A stretch of 64,000 bases of DNA from a virus (IMGVR_UViG_3300028887_000099:21888-85887), one strand, 5' to 3'. Shown: positions 17,439-30,711, counted from the first letter of the stretch. Numbers and translations: made by a program. Notes: generated by a model from the sequence alone, not told the origin.

Positions 17439-17680
17439 AGTTACAAAACGATTACAAAACAGTTATAAAACAGTTACAAAATCGGGAGTAAAGGTAACAA
17501 AAGGTTACATATACCGGAGGGTCTGATCTATGCAAAATGCACAAAAACAATACCCCTGTGGGGCGTGCTTTTGGGATTTTGACCAATTGGAATTTTCCAA
17601 CCCGCGGCTCGTGGTAACAAATTCTCCAGAATCAAAATTCTACAGAACCAAATTCTACAGAACCAAAATTCTCCAAAACT
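17439..17680. repeat. direct-repeat cluster in the divergent intergenic region
   Basis: Four about 11-bp units (AGTTACAAAAC-like) at 17439-17482 and four about 15-bp units (CAAATTCT(A/C)CAGAA-like) at 17618-17679. Confidence 0.8.
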
Positions 17681-17690
17681 ACTTTAAAAT

Positions 17691-17719
17691 TTGACTTTTC
17701 CGCCCCAACGTGTTATAAT
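17691..17719 (+). promoter_or_regulatory. sigma70/sigmaA-type promoter of the packaging/structural operon
   Basis: TTGACT-17-TATAAT with extended -10 TG, followed by RBS GGGAGG. Confidence 0.8.
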
Positions 17720-17745
17720 TATACTATAGGGAGGAAAATCATATT

Positions 17746-19062
17746 ATGCCAAAAAATAGACTCAAATTAAATTTCGAATTAGAAAGTGCAGAAGACCGCA
17801 CTCAATTCGTCACATCTTATCTCGACTCAATTAAATTTATTCCAACCGAAGCAGAACTTGAAACCATTTCCAACTATATTTTATGGGGTAAAAACTCAAA
17901 AGGAAAAAACGCCCAACAAAATAAAGAAATTGAGTTGAAAAAATGGACAAGCGCACCTGTTGAAAGCCTTGAAGGTCTAATTGAAACTCCTGGTTTCTAG
18001 GAATCTAGTGTGCGTTTATTATCTGACCCTCCTACGCGTTTATCTCGTGCAACTTTCGACCGCAAGGCCGCACTTGAAAATTCTCCTCCTTATTTGCAAG
18101 AAACACTTATAGACCTCTGGCGTCAAATTGACGAGTTAGAACTTCAACTAAATTATTATGAACTTTGGGTTGGGAAAAGAAAACTTCCTCCTCGTTCTCA
18201 ACTTGAAAATCTCTTCACTGAAGAAGAACGCTGCGCCATCAACGAAAAGGCTCTTCGTCTTTCCCAATTTAAGTATTTAAAATTAAGACATTAGCTTATA
18301 GAACTTAGAACCCAACAATATATTTATCAAGACTCCTATAAAACCCCAATTCTTCCTCATTTTGGAAGTTAGGTTACAACTTTTAACTCTGAAAATCTTT
18401 TTATAGGCGAAGATATTACGGTTTATCCTGCAGGCCTTAAAACATCCTCAAAACTTAGCCAAAAACTTTTTCCAACTGATAGGATGTGCGCGCCGCAAGA
18501 CTTTACACCAGAAGATCTCATCACTCTTTCAAAACTTCTTTGGGAGAAAACCTCAACATTTTTTTTAGATTTTACTAATCCAACTCACGTTTTAAGCCTT
18601 TATAAAGCATGCGCTGATTTAGAAGATGCACGTGTTATTGACCCACACAACATCTATGGGACAGCTTCATATTTATTAGAAACACTTTTCTATTATGAAG
18701 CGCGCGCAAACCTTACTCCTCTTCAAAAAGATCTTCTTACACTCAAACTTACAAACACTCCTAACCTTGAAATTAGTAAAAGGTTGAATTCAACATATAA
18801 TAAAACTTATAATGAAAATTATATTTCCACAATTTTTCATTAGAAAATTATTATGTAGGTCGCGGCCGCGGCCTCTCTTCATCGTGAAGTTCTCGAAAAC
18901 ATCTTCTATCCTGAAAACTTTAAAAAATGTAAAGATTGCGGGCAAGTTTTACTTATGAATACGAATAATTTTGTGAGGTAGAAAAAATCTAGTGATGGTT
19001 TTTCTCCACGATGTAAGTAGTGTGAAAAAATTAAACGAAGCAAAAAAAAGGAGGTCACATAA
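17746..19062 (+). CDS. 438-aa putative regulator: sigma-region-4-like HTH plus C-terminal Zn finger (TAG=Gln)
   Basis: Track fragments 17746, 18010 and 18484 are one frame joined by TAG; LTPLQKDLLTLK...NLEISKRL segment; CKDC...CKQC; ends in TAA. Confidence 0.7.
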
Positions 19063-19308
19063 ATGAAATAGACAGAAAAATTTATACAATAGATTTCGAA
19101 ATTGGAAGTAACTGAATTTATAGGCGTCGCGCGCATTCTTAAAGTTCCTCTTGTTGAATTATCGGAAGAAGATCCAACCCATTATGTCGCGCGCGACTTC
19201 ACAACTGTCCTCAACGACCTCCTTCAAAATTATGAATTAAGTTCTCGTACACGTCGTCGTGAACTCCTTGAGTTAGTGCGCGCAGCCGCACATAAGGAGG
19301 TTCCCTAA
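19063..19308 (+). CDS. hypothetical protein (TAG=Gln)
   Basis: ATG directly after the previous TAA, RBS GGAGG, two TAG in the first 10 codons. Confidence 0.7.
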
Positions 19309-19310
19309 TT

Positions 19311-20297
19311 ATGCCGATAATTCCAAAAATTCCGCATCCTGCGCACGGTCAAACCAAACCATGTAATTGTTGTGGTAAAATTTTACCACTTTCACAATTT
19401 TCATAGACTCATAACTATTTTTATATAGATGGATATTTACCATATTGTAATGGATGCATTACAGAAGAAATTGAAAAAAATGGGGGAGACTGGAAGTTTA
19501 TTGATTAGTTATGTATGTGGGCTGGCATCCCTTTTATTGTGAAGGAATGGGAGAGAATTTAGTAGATTACATTACCTACTGAAACTTGGGCAACATACGC
19601 GCGCGTTTTTAGTGGATAGGAGTATGAAAGTTTGGGATGGGGTGATTATTATAAACAATATAAGAGATTGAGAGAAGTTGGACTTTTAGAAGAAGAACTC
19701 CCCGAAATTAGGGAATAGAGATATAGAGATTTAAGAAGAAAATGGGGAGAAAATTATGATGATGAAGAATTAAATCATCTTGAAGATCTTTATAAGGGAC
19801 TTCTCAATACTCAAAATATTAATGGCGCGCTTCAAATAGATTAGGCTTAGAAACTTTGTAAGTTATCTCTTGAAATTGATAATAGAATTAGAGCAGGAGA
19901 TAAAGAAGTTGATAAGTTTATGTCGTCTTATGATAAAATTATTAAAAGCGCAGAATTTACACCTAAAAATACTAAAAATGCAACTGATTTTGATTCTTTT
20001 GCAGAAGTAGCATATTGGCTGGAGAAACGAGGCTTTGTTAATAAGTTTTATGATAATGTTACGAGAGATGTATTGGATGAGACGCTTAAGAACATAGAAA
20101 ATTATAATTAGAGATTATATATAAATGAAGGTGGAATCGGAGAAGAAATTACGTAGAGGTTGCGCGCGCTCGAATCGGCAAACAACCTAGAGGAAAATTT
20201 CTATAACATTCAACCCGACTTTAATGAAGATGAATATGATAATGCGGCCTATATTTTAGATGAAGAAGAAGAATTTAACCCGGAGGGAAATTTCTAA
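19311..20297 (+). CDS. 328-aa protein, probable terminase small subunit (TAG=Gln)
   Basis: Continuous frame with an N-terminal CNCC...CNGC Zn motif; directly upstream of terL with TAATG overlap. Function inferred from position. Confidence 0.6.
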
Positions 20298-22072
20298 TGG
20301 CAGTAATTTAGTTAATGGACCCTAATATAGTCCAATTTAATACTAAAGACCGTCTTTATCATGATGACATTGAATTAGAAAAAGGAGTTGTAATTACTCC
20401 TTATTTTTTAGAAAAGAATGAAGAGCTTATTTAGCAATATATATAGATTTTTACTGCTTATCCTGATGTTTTTCTTGATTTGATTACTCCTCTTGATTCA
20501 AATTTTACTTTGTTTCCTTATCAACGTTTATTCTTGCGCGCGTGCATGAGATATACAAAAATATATATTACCGCGGCTCGCGCAACTTCAAAAACTTTTC
20601 TTTCTATTCTGGCAAAATATTTGTAGTGTATGTTTTTACCAAATCATGTTGGCTCAATTGTAGCACCAAATAAATAGCAAGCCGCGAAAATTAGTAGATA
20701 GAAAATTGAAGAGATTTGGCGCATTTGGCCTCTTCTTGAAAAAGAAATTGATAAGGCTAATTTTGGTAAAGACTATGTTGATATTTTCTTTAAAAATGGA
20801 AGTCGTCTTTCTATCGTAGGTGCATTAGATTCAGATCGTGGTATTCGAACCCACGCAACTTTAATTGATGAAGCACGTGATCAAGATGGAGATGCAATTA
20901 ATGAAATTATTTTACCATAGATGAATGTGTCTAGACGTATGCATAATGGTTTAATAAATCCATATGAAAAAATAAATACATAGGTTATATATGCAACTTC
21001 TGCTGGTACTAAATCTTCTTATGCTTATGAAGCTTTAATTGATACCTTTGAATAGGCTATAATTGATCCTAAAACTGCTTTTTGTATTGGATTAGATTAT
21101 CGTGTACCAGCGCAACATAATTTAATTGACCCAACTTATGTTCGTAATTTAAAAATGTCACCATCTTATAATGAAGCTACTTTTGCAGCAGAATTTTTAG
21201 GTTAGTGGCTTGGAGGCAGTGATGAATCTTGGTTTGATTTTGAACGTCTTACTAAATATAGAAAAATAAAAAATCCTGAATGGTATCCAAAATTTAGAGA
21301 AGATCCAAATGTTTTTTACTTAATTTCAGTAGACGTAGGCAGACTTCATGACCAAACAGTCGCTTTTATATGGCGAGTTAATATTCGTGATAATAAATAT
21401 TATGGAACTGTAGTGAATTTATTTGTCCTTGGACGTCAAGCAGAATCGAAAACTTTCACTTAGCAGGCAATTGATTTAAAACGTTTAATTGAAATTTATA
21501 CACCGCGCGAAGTCGTAATAGATACAAACGGACTTGGTATTGGTCTTGCAGATGAAATGATTCGGTCTCAACTTGATGAATTTGGAAAAGAATTAGTACC
21601 ATATGGCTTTTTTAATAATGAAGATTATAAAAAGATATAGCCAAAAGAAGCACCACAAATTCTTTATTCCCTAAAAGCTAATGGCCCTCTAAATTCAAAA
21701 ATTCATAGTAATGCCTACTCTCGTATTAATAGTGGTATGGTTCGCTTTTTAATAAGCGAACAAGATGCGCGCGCCGCGCTTCTTGCAACAAAACTAGGTC
21801 AAAAAATGTCCACGGAAGACCGCATTAAGCGTTTAATGCCGCATGAACTTACCACAAAATTATTTGAAGAAATGGCGAATTTACGTTTACGTAAAACGGG
21901 ACTTGATATAGTACTTGAATAGATTAATGCGCGTTTCCCAAAAGATAAATATTCTGCTTTTGCTTATGGGCTATGGCGCATTAAAGAAATTGAAGAGGAA
22001 AACTATAAAAAAGTTAGCCGTAGATAGGGCGGTATTCGTAAATTAATTTTCTTTACTGGAGGAAAAACCTAA
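20297..22072 (+). CDS. terL: terminase large subunit (591 aa, TAG=Gln)
   Basis: Walker A variant TAARATSKT, Walker B TLIDEA, nuclease ISVDVG and C-terminal KDKYSAFAYG; TAATG overlaps at both ends. Confidence 0.9.
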
Positions 22073-23532
22073 TGGCAGAAATGGATATGGAATTATTCAA
22101 AAAATCCATAAATGCAATGATTGTAAAGAATGGTTAGTCTTGGAGTAATTGGGATAATGCTTGGAGACGTAAACAATTTTCAAAAGAATATAGTAAAGAA
22201 GAAGTAGAACGTGTTTTAACTTCAAATAATCCAAAAGCATTGTAGCAATTATCTCGTTCTTTTTTTTATAAAGATGGGTTATACAAGAGAATTTTAATTT
22301 ATTATGCTACACTTTTACGTTATGTAGGTATTTTAATCCCTAATCCAAATGCGGGCATTGAACTCTCCACCCCCTATGTAATTAAAAAGTATAATAATGC
22401 TTTAGATTATATTGATAAGATGAATTTGTCAATTCTTCTTACTAATTTTTCTCTTGCTGCATTAGTAGATGGCTGCTATTATGGCGTACTACAAGATGTA
22501 AATAAAACTAATTTTGTTTTATTAGATTTACCTTTTGAGTATTGTCGTTCAAAATATAAAGATTTTTATGGTAATGATATAATTGAATTCAATGTATAGT
22601 ATTTTGATTCAATTGGAGATGAGACGGCGCGCAAGCAAGCCCTCAAAGTATATCCTAAAATAATTTCTGACCATTATAATCGCTATCATCGTGGGACTGT
22701 ACACAAATATTGGGTAAAGATTCCTGCCGATATGGGTTTTTGTTTTTCCTTTTTTGATGATTGCCGACCACTCTTTTTAGATATTATACCTGCATCTATT
22801 GATTATGATGATGCAGTTGAACTTAATAAAGAGCGTGATTTAGAAGAAATTCGTAAAATTCTTGTATAGCATATTCCTCATTTAGCTGATGGTACTCTTG
22901 TTTTTGAGCCAGATGAAGCTCAAGTAATGCATGATGGTGCTGTCGGAATGATGAAAGGAAACAAAAATATTAGTGTTTTAACAACCTATGCAGATGTAGA
23001 GGCTGTTATCTCTAAAACTTAGTCTGAAGCAGTTACCAATACTCTTGAAAAATCATTATAGAATGTGTATTCAAAAGGTGGAGTGAGTGGGCAATTATTT
23101 GCACCTACTGGTAGTCAAGCACTTCCAACCTCTATTACAAATGATATGGCATTAATGATGATTTTAGGAAATAAATATGGGAAATTTATTAGCTATATAA
23201 TTAATAGTTTATTTGCAAATTCTAATGTGAATTTTAAATATACAATATTACCAGTTAGTTGGTATAATATGTTTGATTATATTACTAATACATTAAAAAT
23301 GGCTTCAAGTGGATATAGTTTTCTTCTACCTGCAATCGCGGCCGGCCTATCACAAAAAGACTTAATGAATGTCAAGACATTAGAAAATGAAGTTTTAAAA
23401 TTAAAAGAATAGTTAATTCCATTAGATTCTTCATATACTTAGTCAAATGGAGAAGTAGGTAGACCTTCTCTTCCTCTTGAAGAAAAATCTCCCAAAACTC
23501 TTCAAAATGAAGAATCATTAAATAATTAGTAA
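22072..23532 (+). CDS. portal protein (486 aa, TAG=Gln)
   Basis: Follows terL; C-terminal PLDSSYTQS..GRP motif of the type seen in such portals; size fits. Confidence 0.8.
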
Positions 23533-24893
23533 TGGAGGCTCATATGGATAAATCTATTTACGAGTTTCCAGTAGCTGTTTATGGAAGCTTAGAAAAATAT
23601 AATGAAGTTTTAAGTAAAGCAAGATGCCGTATTTTTTATAAGTATGAAAATCGAAATGGGACTTATATTACGGATGAATTTGCAGAAAAGCTTCTAAATA
23701 GTTTACCTTATGCGCCTGTTAAGGGTATTTATAGTGTAAATGATGATGATTACACTGACCATGGTACAGAGCGAGACCAAGGGCGCATTTATGGTATTGT
23801 ACCTGAAAATCCTAATATTTCATGGGAACAACATATAGATGAAGACGGGGTAACTCGTACTTATGCTTGCTCTGATGTTTTAATTTTTACTGCTCTTTAT
23901 AAAGAAGCAAACGAAATTATTGGAAAAAGTTAGTCTATGGAATTATATCGTCCTTCACTTCAATATCATGAAGCCATGATAAAAAACCAACGTTATATTG
24001 TATTTGATGAAGGTTGTTTCCTTGGATTATAGGTTTTAGGTGAAAAAATTGAACCTTGTTTTGAAGGTGCTTCTTTTTATACTTTACAAAGTACAATTGA
24101 ATATGCAATTAATGCAATAAAAAATTACGGAGGTACTAAAATGCCAGTAATTAATTTTAAACTTTCTGATGATGAGAAATTCCGTGCGATTTGGAATTTA
24201 CTCAATACAGAGTTTAATGAAGAAGGCAACTGGACTGTAACTTATAGTATTTTTGCCGTATATGATGACTATGCACTTGTATTTAACTATGAAACCGGTG
24301 ATTATAATCGTGTTTATTATACTAAAAACGACGAAAATGATATGGTTGAATTGGGTGAAATTATTAAGTGCTATGTTGTTGATGTAACAGAGAATGAAAA
24401 GCAGACTCTTGATACTCTGCGCGCTCTTAATGGCGGAACTTATGAGTTAGTCAGTGAAGTTTTAGTTAATGCTCAAGAAAATCTTGATAAAAATTCTGAA
24501 TATTTCACCAAAATTGAAGAGTTAACTACAACTATTGCAACTTTAAATACAGAGAACGAAAATTATAGCGCACAATTAACTGAAGCTAATAATTAGATTG
24601 CTTCTCTAACAGAAGAAAATAATTCTTTAAATGCTTATAAACTTGATATTGAGGAACAATAGAAGAACGCTGTTATTGAAGAATATAGTGAAATTTTAGA
24701 TGAAGAAATTCTTAATACTTATCGTTCAAAGATTGCAGATTATACTGTTGAAGAACTTGATATGCATTTGGCTTATGAGTTAAAAAAGAATAATACTTCT
24801 GTATTTACTAACACTGGAGATAATTCTGGTTATACTCCAAAAAACACTCCTCTTGAAGGAATTTCCGCAATTTTATCTAAATATAAAAAGTAA
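23532..24893 (+). CDS. prohead protease/scaffold protein (453 aa, TAG=Gln)
   Basis: Fragments 23532 and 24141 are in one frame; N-terminal protease-like domain and acidic coiled-coil C-terminus; position between portal and capsid. Confidence 0.7.
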
Positions 24894-24910
24894 TTTAGGA
24901 GGCTATTTAT

Positions 24911-25474
24911 ATGGCTAGAATGGTTATTGATGGTTATGGCCAAGTTGAACTTAACAACGTAGCTTTCCGTCGTGATGGCCGCATTGAGGCTCAGTGTGCT
25001 CTTAGTACCACTGACTTCGTAAGTGCGCCTGCTGAGAATGGAATGATTCTTCGTGTTAAGAAGGCCAACCACGAAATTTGCTTTGCAGATGCTTCTGCTG
25101 CGAATTAGCTTTACGCTCTAAATTATAGTAGCGAACATATGTATGATGAACGCAATCCTGGCTTAAAGAATTTCAAGCTTAATGCTACTAATGATTTTTA
25201 TCCTCGTGTAGGTTATCTTGCTGTTGGTGATCTTTGGACTTCTAACTGCGTTGATTTTGGTAGCTATGCTGGTGCTTCTAATACTGAGGCCGGTCGTATT
25301 GCTGCTGTTGCTAGTGCTCTTGCTTCTGGCGCAGTTTATGCTGCTGTTGGTACACAGGGTGCCCCAGTACTTGCTTCTTCAGCACCTGTTGCTGGTCCTG
25401 TAATTCAAGTTATTAAGAAAACTACTATGCCTGATGGACAGGATGCTTTCCAGTTCCAGGTACTTAGTGTTTGA
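24911..25474 (+). CDS. capsid decoration/minor head protein (187 aa, TAG=Gln)
   Basis: Fragments 24911 and 25139 join through one TAG; high-expression codon usage; directly before the major capsid gene. Confidence 0.65.
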
Positions 25475-25493
25475 TTAAGGAGGGTATAATATA

Positions 25494-26543
25494 ATGACAC
25501 TTAAAGAGTTTAGAGATATTGCCCTTCATGCCGCTAAGGGTACTGCTCCTGCCGAATTTACCGTAGAAAACGTTAATGACGCTTTTGTTGATGGTCTTAA
25601 GGAGCTTGCAGGTTCTTATAATTAGTTTATGAAGAACCGTTATGATATTTATGATATCATTATTGAATCTATTGATGACATCCTTCCAAAGAATGTTATT
25701 GATGCAGTTGGCGCTTTTGCTGAGGTTAAGCAAGTAGCATAGGGCGACAAGGCTATGTTCCGTGTTAAGAAAGGCCGCGCTCGTGCAAAGAAGTTCCTCA
25801 CTCAAGTTGGTTTAAGTGGTGTTTATGAGACTTTCCGTCTTGATGCTGACACTTTTGAAATAAGCGCACATGCTGTAGGTGGAGGCGCTACTATTGATTT
25901 CGAGCGTATGCTTGATGGTGCTGAATCCCTTGCTGAAGTTGTAGGTATTGTTACTGAAGGCCTTGAGAATGCTGTATATGTTGAAGTACAAAAGGCTCTT
26001 ATGGCTGCCCTTTCTGTAATGCCTGCTACTAATGTTTATTCTGGTAGTTGGAGTGCAGACGAAATGGTTCGTCTTCTTACTACTGTTCGTGCATATGGTA
26101 GTCCTGTTATTTATGCTTGCCCCGAATTTGTGGCTGATATGGGACCAGATGCAATCGTTCCTGTTCTTATGAATAGTACTACTAATGTTGCTCAGGGTAT
26201 TTATAGTCCTAAGGATATTGAAGCTATTCATGATTATGGCTTTGTTAACGTATTCCGTGGCGCGCCTATTGTTTAGATTCCTTAGAGTTTTGTTGATGAA
26301 ACTAACACTGAAACCTATGCAAATCCTCGTCTTGCTTATATTTTCCCTGCAGGCCAGGAAAAGGTTGTTAAGGTTGTTCTTGAAGGAGCAACTCAAATTC
26401 GTGACCATGAGAATAAGGATAATTCTATGGAAGTTTATGCTTGGAAGAAAATGGGCTGCGCAATTCTTACCCATCACAACTGGGCAATGTATGAGAATAC
26501 TAGTTTAACCGATACTTCCGCTAAGGATATTTACGGTTTCTAA
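25494..26543 (+). CDS. major capsid protein (349 aa, TAG=Gln)
   Basis: Continuous frame from ATG 25494 (RBS AGGAGG) to TAA, followed by a terminator; size, position and codon bias fit. Confidence 0.8.
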
Positions 26544-26555
26544 TTTTGTTTTAAA

Positions 26556-26580
26556 GGGGAGGGGTTATTCCCCTTCCCTA
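26556..26580 (+). terminator. hairpin after the capsid gene
   Basis: GGGGAGGGG-TTATT-CCCCTTCCC stem. Confidence 0.55.
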
Positions 26581-26626
26581 TAATTATATTATGCGTAAAA
26601 CGCAAGGAGTAAAAGGAGAAGATATT

Positions 26627-27103
26627 ATGTCAGATAAAATTAAAGTTATTAGTACAGTAAATGGTCGTTGTGGTATTGATAATGTAGACCTACACATTTC
26701 CCGTCGTTGGCCCGCGCGCGGTTCAGTTGTTACTTTTACAAAAGAGCAAATCGAAGAATTGATGTTTGATTCTGCTTTTAGTAATATGGTTAAAGAAGGG
26801 CTATTATATATTGAAGATATGGAAGTAAAAAAAGAGATTGGAGTTGAACCTGAAGACGCAACCACTCCTACTATTATTTTACTTGATGAAAAAGCTTTAA
26901 ATCGTTTATGGAAAATTATTCCATTCGCGCAATTTAAAGTTGAAACAAAAAAACTTACTAAACAATAGATTGAACTTTTAGCTCAATATGCTATTACTCA
27001 TGGGGAAGATGGCTCAATTGATAAAGCGAACTATCTTTCAACAATTAGTGGTTATCAAATTTTAAAGGGGATTGAACTTAATAAACAAAGTAAGGAGGGT
27101 TGA
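26627..27103 (+). CDS. hypothetical virion-module protein (TAG=Gln)
   Basis: RBS AAGGAG, reads through TAG 26966 to TGA. Confidence 0.7.
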
Positions 27104-27105
27104 AT

Positions 27106-27534
27106 ATGACTGAATTTTAGGTCGTATATGATGCTTTCCTAGCAAAAATGTTAGATGATGAATGGGCCAATTGGTATGAAGAAGATTTACAAGCCGATTG
27201 GAAGGCTCTTCTTATGGGAGCACTTACATGGTTTAAATTTCCACGCGTTTCCTTAGATTATACTGATGAAGGGTTTATAAGTGATTTAAATAACGATGAA
27301 ATTTAGATTCTAGCCACTTACATGAAATGTGAATGGTTAAATAGAACGATTTTAACTTGGGAAAATATTAAACCTCTTTATGAGGAAAGAGATTTTTCAT
27401 AGGCTAATTTATTAAGTAAATTTAATGAAACTTTAGCGGCTGAAAAGAAGAATGCCGCGCGCCTTGAAGCGAAATATTATCGTTCTATTAATCATAAACC
27501 ATTTGATTATACATAGTTGGCGCGGCAAGGATAA
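27106..27534 (+). CDS. probable head-tail adaptor (TAG=Gln)
   Basis: 142-aa continuous frame; position and size fit; TAATG overlap with the next gene. Confidence 0.6.
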
Positions 27535-27785
27535 TGGAATATTTAGAAGGCTATAATAATAATTTAAAAAATCGTTTGTTTGGTCTTTTATGTGAATATG
27601 AAAAAGGAAGAGAATGGGAGAAATTTCTTGATTCTATCCTTATTGAATTAATTTCTTATCCAGATGAACGAAAAACAATAAATTATTATCGTCTTTATAC
27701 AAAAGTTTCTTCACTTCGTTATTTAAGTTATGAATATTTTAGGACTACAGTATTTGACTGTATGAGTCTTTTATCAAAGATATGA
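27534..27785 (+). CDS. hypothetical protein
   Basis: 83 aa, coupled by overlaps on both sides. Confidence 0.7.
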   Translation: MEYLEGYNNNLKNRLFGLLCEYEKGREWEKFLDSILIELISYPDERKTINYYRLYTKVSSLRYLSYEYFRTTVFDCMSLLSKI

Positions 27786-28519
27786 GTGAATATTTTGATA
27801 TTTATAAATAGAGATTAAATCGGTTTGGAACTGATTATTAGTCTCGCATTTAGGGAGAACGCGAGCATAATTTTGACCTTTATTTATTAAAAACTTTATA
27901 TCGAGTTGATTTTGAATATTGTGGATGCCCACATGCGGGCAGTCTTGAAAAATATAAACAAGATGATACTAAAACTCTTCAATATTTATTAACTAATGTC
28001 CATTTAGATATTCCAAATGGGACTATATTAGAATTAGTTGATAAAAATAATGAAAAATAGCCTTGGATGATATATTATTTAGAAAATATAAAAGCTAGTG
28101 GTTATAATCGTTATATTATGTTAAAGATGACTCATTTTCTTACGTGGATGGCACGTGATGGTAGTGTTTAGACTTCTTGGGCATATATGTATGGACAAGA
28201 AGATAATATGCTAAAAGATGAGATTCGTTCTCGTTCTCGTATGGATGCACTCTATGCTGAAAATTTGAAATCAAGTTTTTTTGTAATGCCACGTAATGAA
28301 TTTGTGAAAAAAGATAGTTATTTTGTTATTGGTGATAAACCTTTTCAAGAATATTACCGAGTTACTGGATATGATATTTAGTCTAGTGAAGGGGTAGAAT
28401 ATGTAACTATTGACCCTGTTTATGAGTTTGATTTGACTGCTGCGCCAGAACAAACTTCCACTGAAGAACCAGAAGATTTCTTTTGGATTAATGGGGGTGT
28501 AAATAATGGCGACTCGTAA
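27782..28519 (+). CDS. probable head-closure protein (TAG=Gln)
   Basis: 245-aa continuous frame containing track fragment 28187; call from position. Confidence 0.6.
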
Positions 28520-28997
28520 TTTAGCAGATTTAGGCACAAATCTTCAAAAAATTATTACTCGTTTATAGGCTAATTAGACCCTTTTAAAATTATTATATTA
28601 TACAAATAAAGACCCGTATTCAGAAGAAAATTTAACAGAGTAGCAAATTAAAAATGAAGTTTTTGAAAAACTTATAAAAATTGTTCCTCGTGTTGGACCA
28701 AAAGAAACAGCACAAAGTTTATTAGCCTTACGTGTTGTGCGTGGTCGTTCTAATGAAGAAAATAATGAGTTTCGTGACTTTGAGATTGATATTGAAGTTT
28801 TTGTTCCAATGACTTAGTGGATTATAAAAGACTCTAATTTACGTCCTTTTGCAATTATGGGTGAAATTCATAAATCTCTTAATAATAAAACAATTGATGG
28901 ATTAGGAAAAATGATTGGGGGAGATTTTCAAATTAATTTCTTAACAGATGAAATGAGTTGTTATGAAATGGTTTACTATATAACTAGTTATGATTAA
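28506..28997 (+). CDS. probable neck/tail-terminator protein (TAG=Gln)
   Basis: 163-aa continuous frame absent from the track; call from position. Confidence 0.55.
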
Positions 28998-29736
28998 TCC
29001 TAATTTTTTTATTGGTTAGCCAGTTGCTTTTTAGTCAGTATGTACAGTATATCCACCTAAAATTACTGAAATTTTAGCAGATATAAATTACCCTGTTTAT
29101 AGAAAAATTTTATTTAATACTTAGGAAGATTTAGAAGATGAGTGGGTAGAACAAAATTTATCAATGGAAGAATTACCCACTCCTTTAGAATATATTTTTG
29201 CTATGGCAGCAGTTGATACTGCAATTAAAGCAGTTATATTAAAAGGATTTGAGTTTTTTATACATGAACCAGTAATATTGTTAAGTGATTAGAAGAAAAT
29301 TATAATTGGAGATTTATAGTAGACTTTACAAACAATTAAATCTATAGATGAATTACGTATTATTGATGAATCTAATTTTTTTGAATTTTAGAATTTATTG
29401 CGTTAGTCTATAGGTGAAAAAGAAGCTGAACCCTATAACCCAAATGAAAATCCAAAAATTAAATATTTTAAGGCGAAGGCGCGCCTTCGCGATAGAGTAA
29501 AAGCAAAATCTAAAGATGCTTTAAATTTAGGTACTACTTTAGCTACAATTTGTTGTATGAATTTTGGCCTTAATCCACTTAATATTGGAGAGTTAAGCTA
29601 GGCAGCAATTAGTGTTTTAATTCGTTATTATTAGGAAAAAACTAAATATGAAACGGATATTTCTGCTTTGTTGGCTGGCGCAGATAGTAAAAAAATAAAA
29701 CCGCAAAATTGGATTAGAAATATAGAAGATTTATAA
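28990..29736 (+). CDS. hypothetical tail-module protein (248 aa, TAG=Gln)
   Basis: Continuous frame absent from the track because of many TAGs; ends in TAA. Confidence 0.65.
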
Positions 29737-29755
29737 AATAGGAGGTCATTTCTAA

Positions 29756-30649
29756 ATGGCTAGTATTTTAGACCGTTATGGTATTAAAGAGGTTGCAGAC
29801 GTAACATTCTATGAAATTAATTCAGATGGTACTGCTGGTAAGCCAGTTCTTTATCTTGATACCCTAAAAGTTTCTACTATTGAATAGACTGCTGAGCAAG
29901 TTGATGCCCGTGGTGGTAAGGGTAACCCAAAACTTATCACTTGGGATTATGGTAAGGAGATTACTATTAATATTGAAGATGCTCTCTTTAGCCCAAAGTC
30001 AATGTCTATTATGCTTGGTGATGGCACTGTAACTCATGCAACTACTCAATATATTCAACATACTGCAGTTGTTCGTCTTGATAATACAGGTAAATTCCCT
30101 GAGTATTTTATTGCAGACGTATATGATGCTAACCAGGGTTCTGCTCGTAAAAAGATTTATATTGGTGCGAATGCTTCTGCTCCTGCAGGTATGGTAAAGC
30201 TTGCTGACGCAAACATTGCTCTTGCAGATAATAGTGCTTTTGCCAATGCGCAGTTAGTAACAGAGGCAGGTACTGTAGTTGATAGTAACTTTACTTCTTC
30301 TGATTTGCTTGGTGCTGCTGCATCTGCACAATATAGTACTTATGCAGGCTAGAAGATGATATTTACTTATGCTGTAAAGGCAACTACTAATACTATTACA
30401 ATTTCTGGTGATAGCTTCCCTGGTACTTATTATGTTACTGGCGACACTTATGCTCGTTCTGATGTTGATGGTAAGGACCAGTTCTTCCAGTTCATTATTC
30501 CAAAGGCAAAGATGAGTGCAGAAAATACGATTACTCTTGAAGCTGAAGGCGATCCTTCAACTTTCAATATGAATCTTACCGTACTTCGTCCAGAGTCTGG
30601 TGATATGATGAAGCTTGTACAGTATGAGCTTGAAGGTAGCGCAGGCTAA
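29756..30649 (+). CDS. major tail tube protein (297 aa, TAG=Gln)
   Basis: YGIKEVADVTFY...TLKVSTIEQTAEQVDARGGKGNPKLITWD; RBS GGAGG; followed by a terminator. Confidence 0.75.
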
Positions 30650-30664
30650 TAAAAATTATTTGAA

Positions 30665-30696
30665 GGCGGAGGGAGGATTCCCTCCGCTATTTTATT
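30665..30696 (+). terminator. intrinsic terminator after the tail tube gene
   Basis: GCGGAGGGA-GGAT-TCCCTCCGC followed by a T-rich tail. Further hairpins at 31515-31546 and 39150-39172. Confidence 0.65.
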
Positions 30697-30711
30697 AGGA
30701 GGAAAAGGAGC

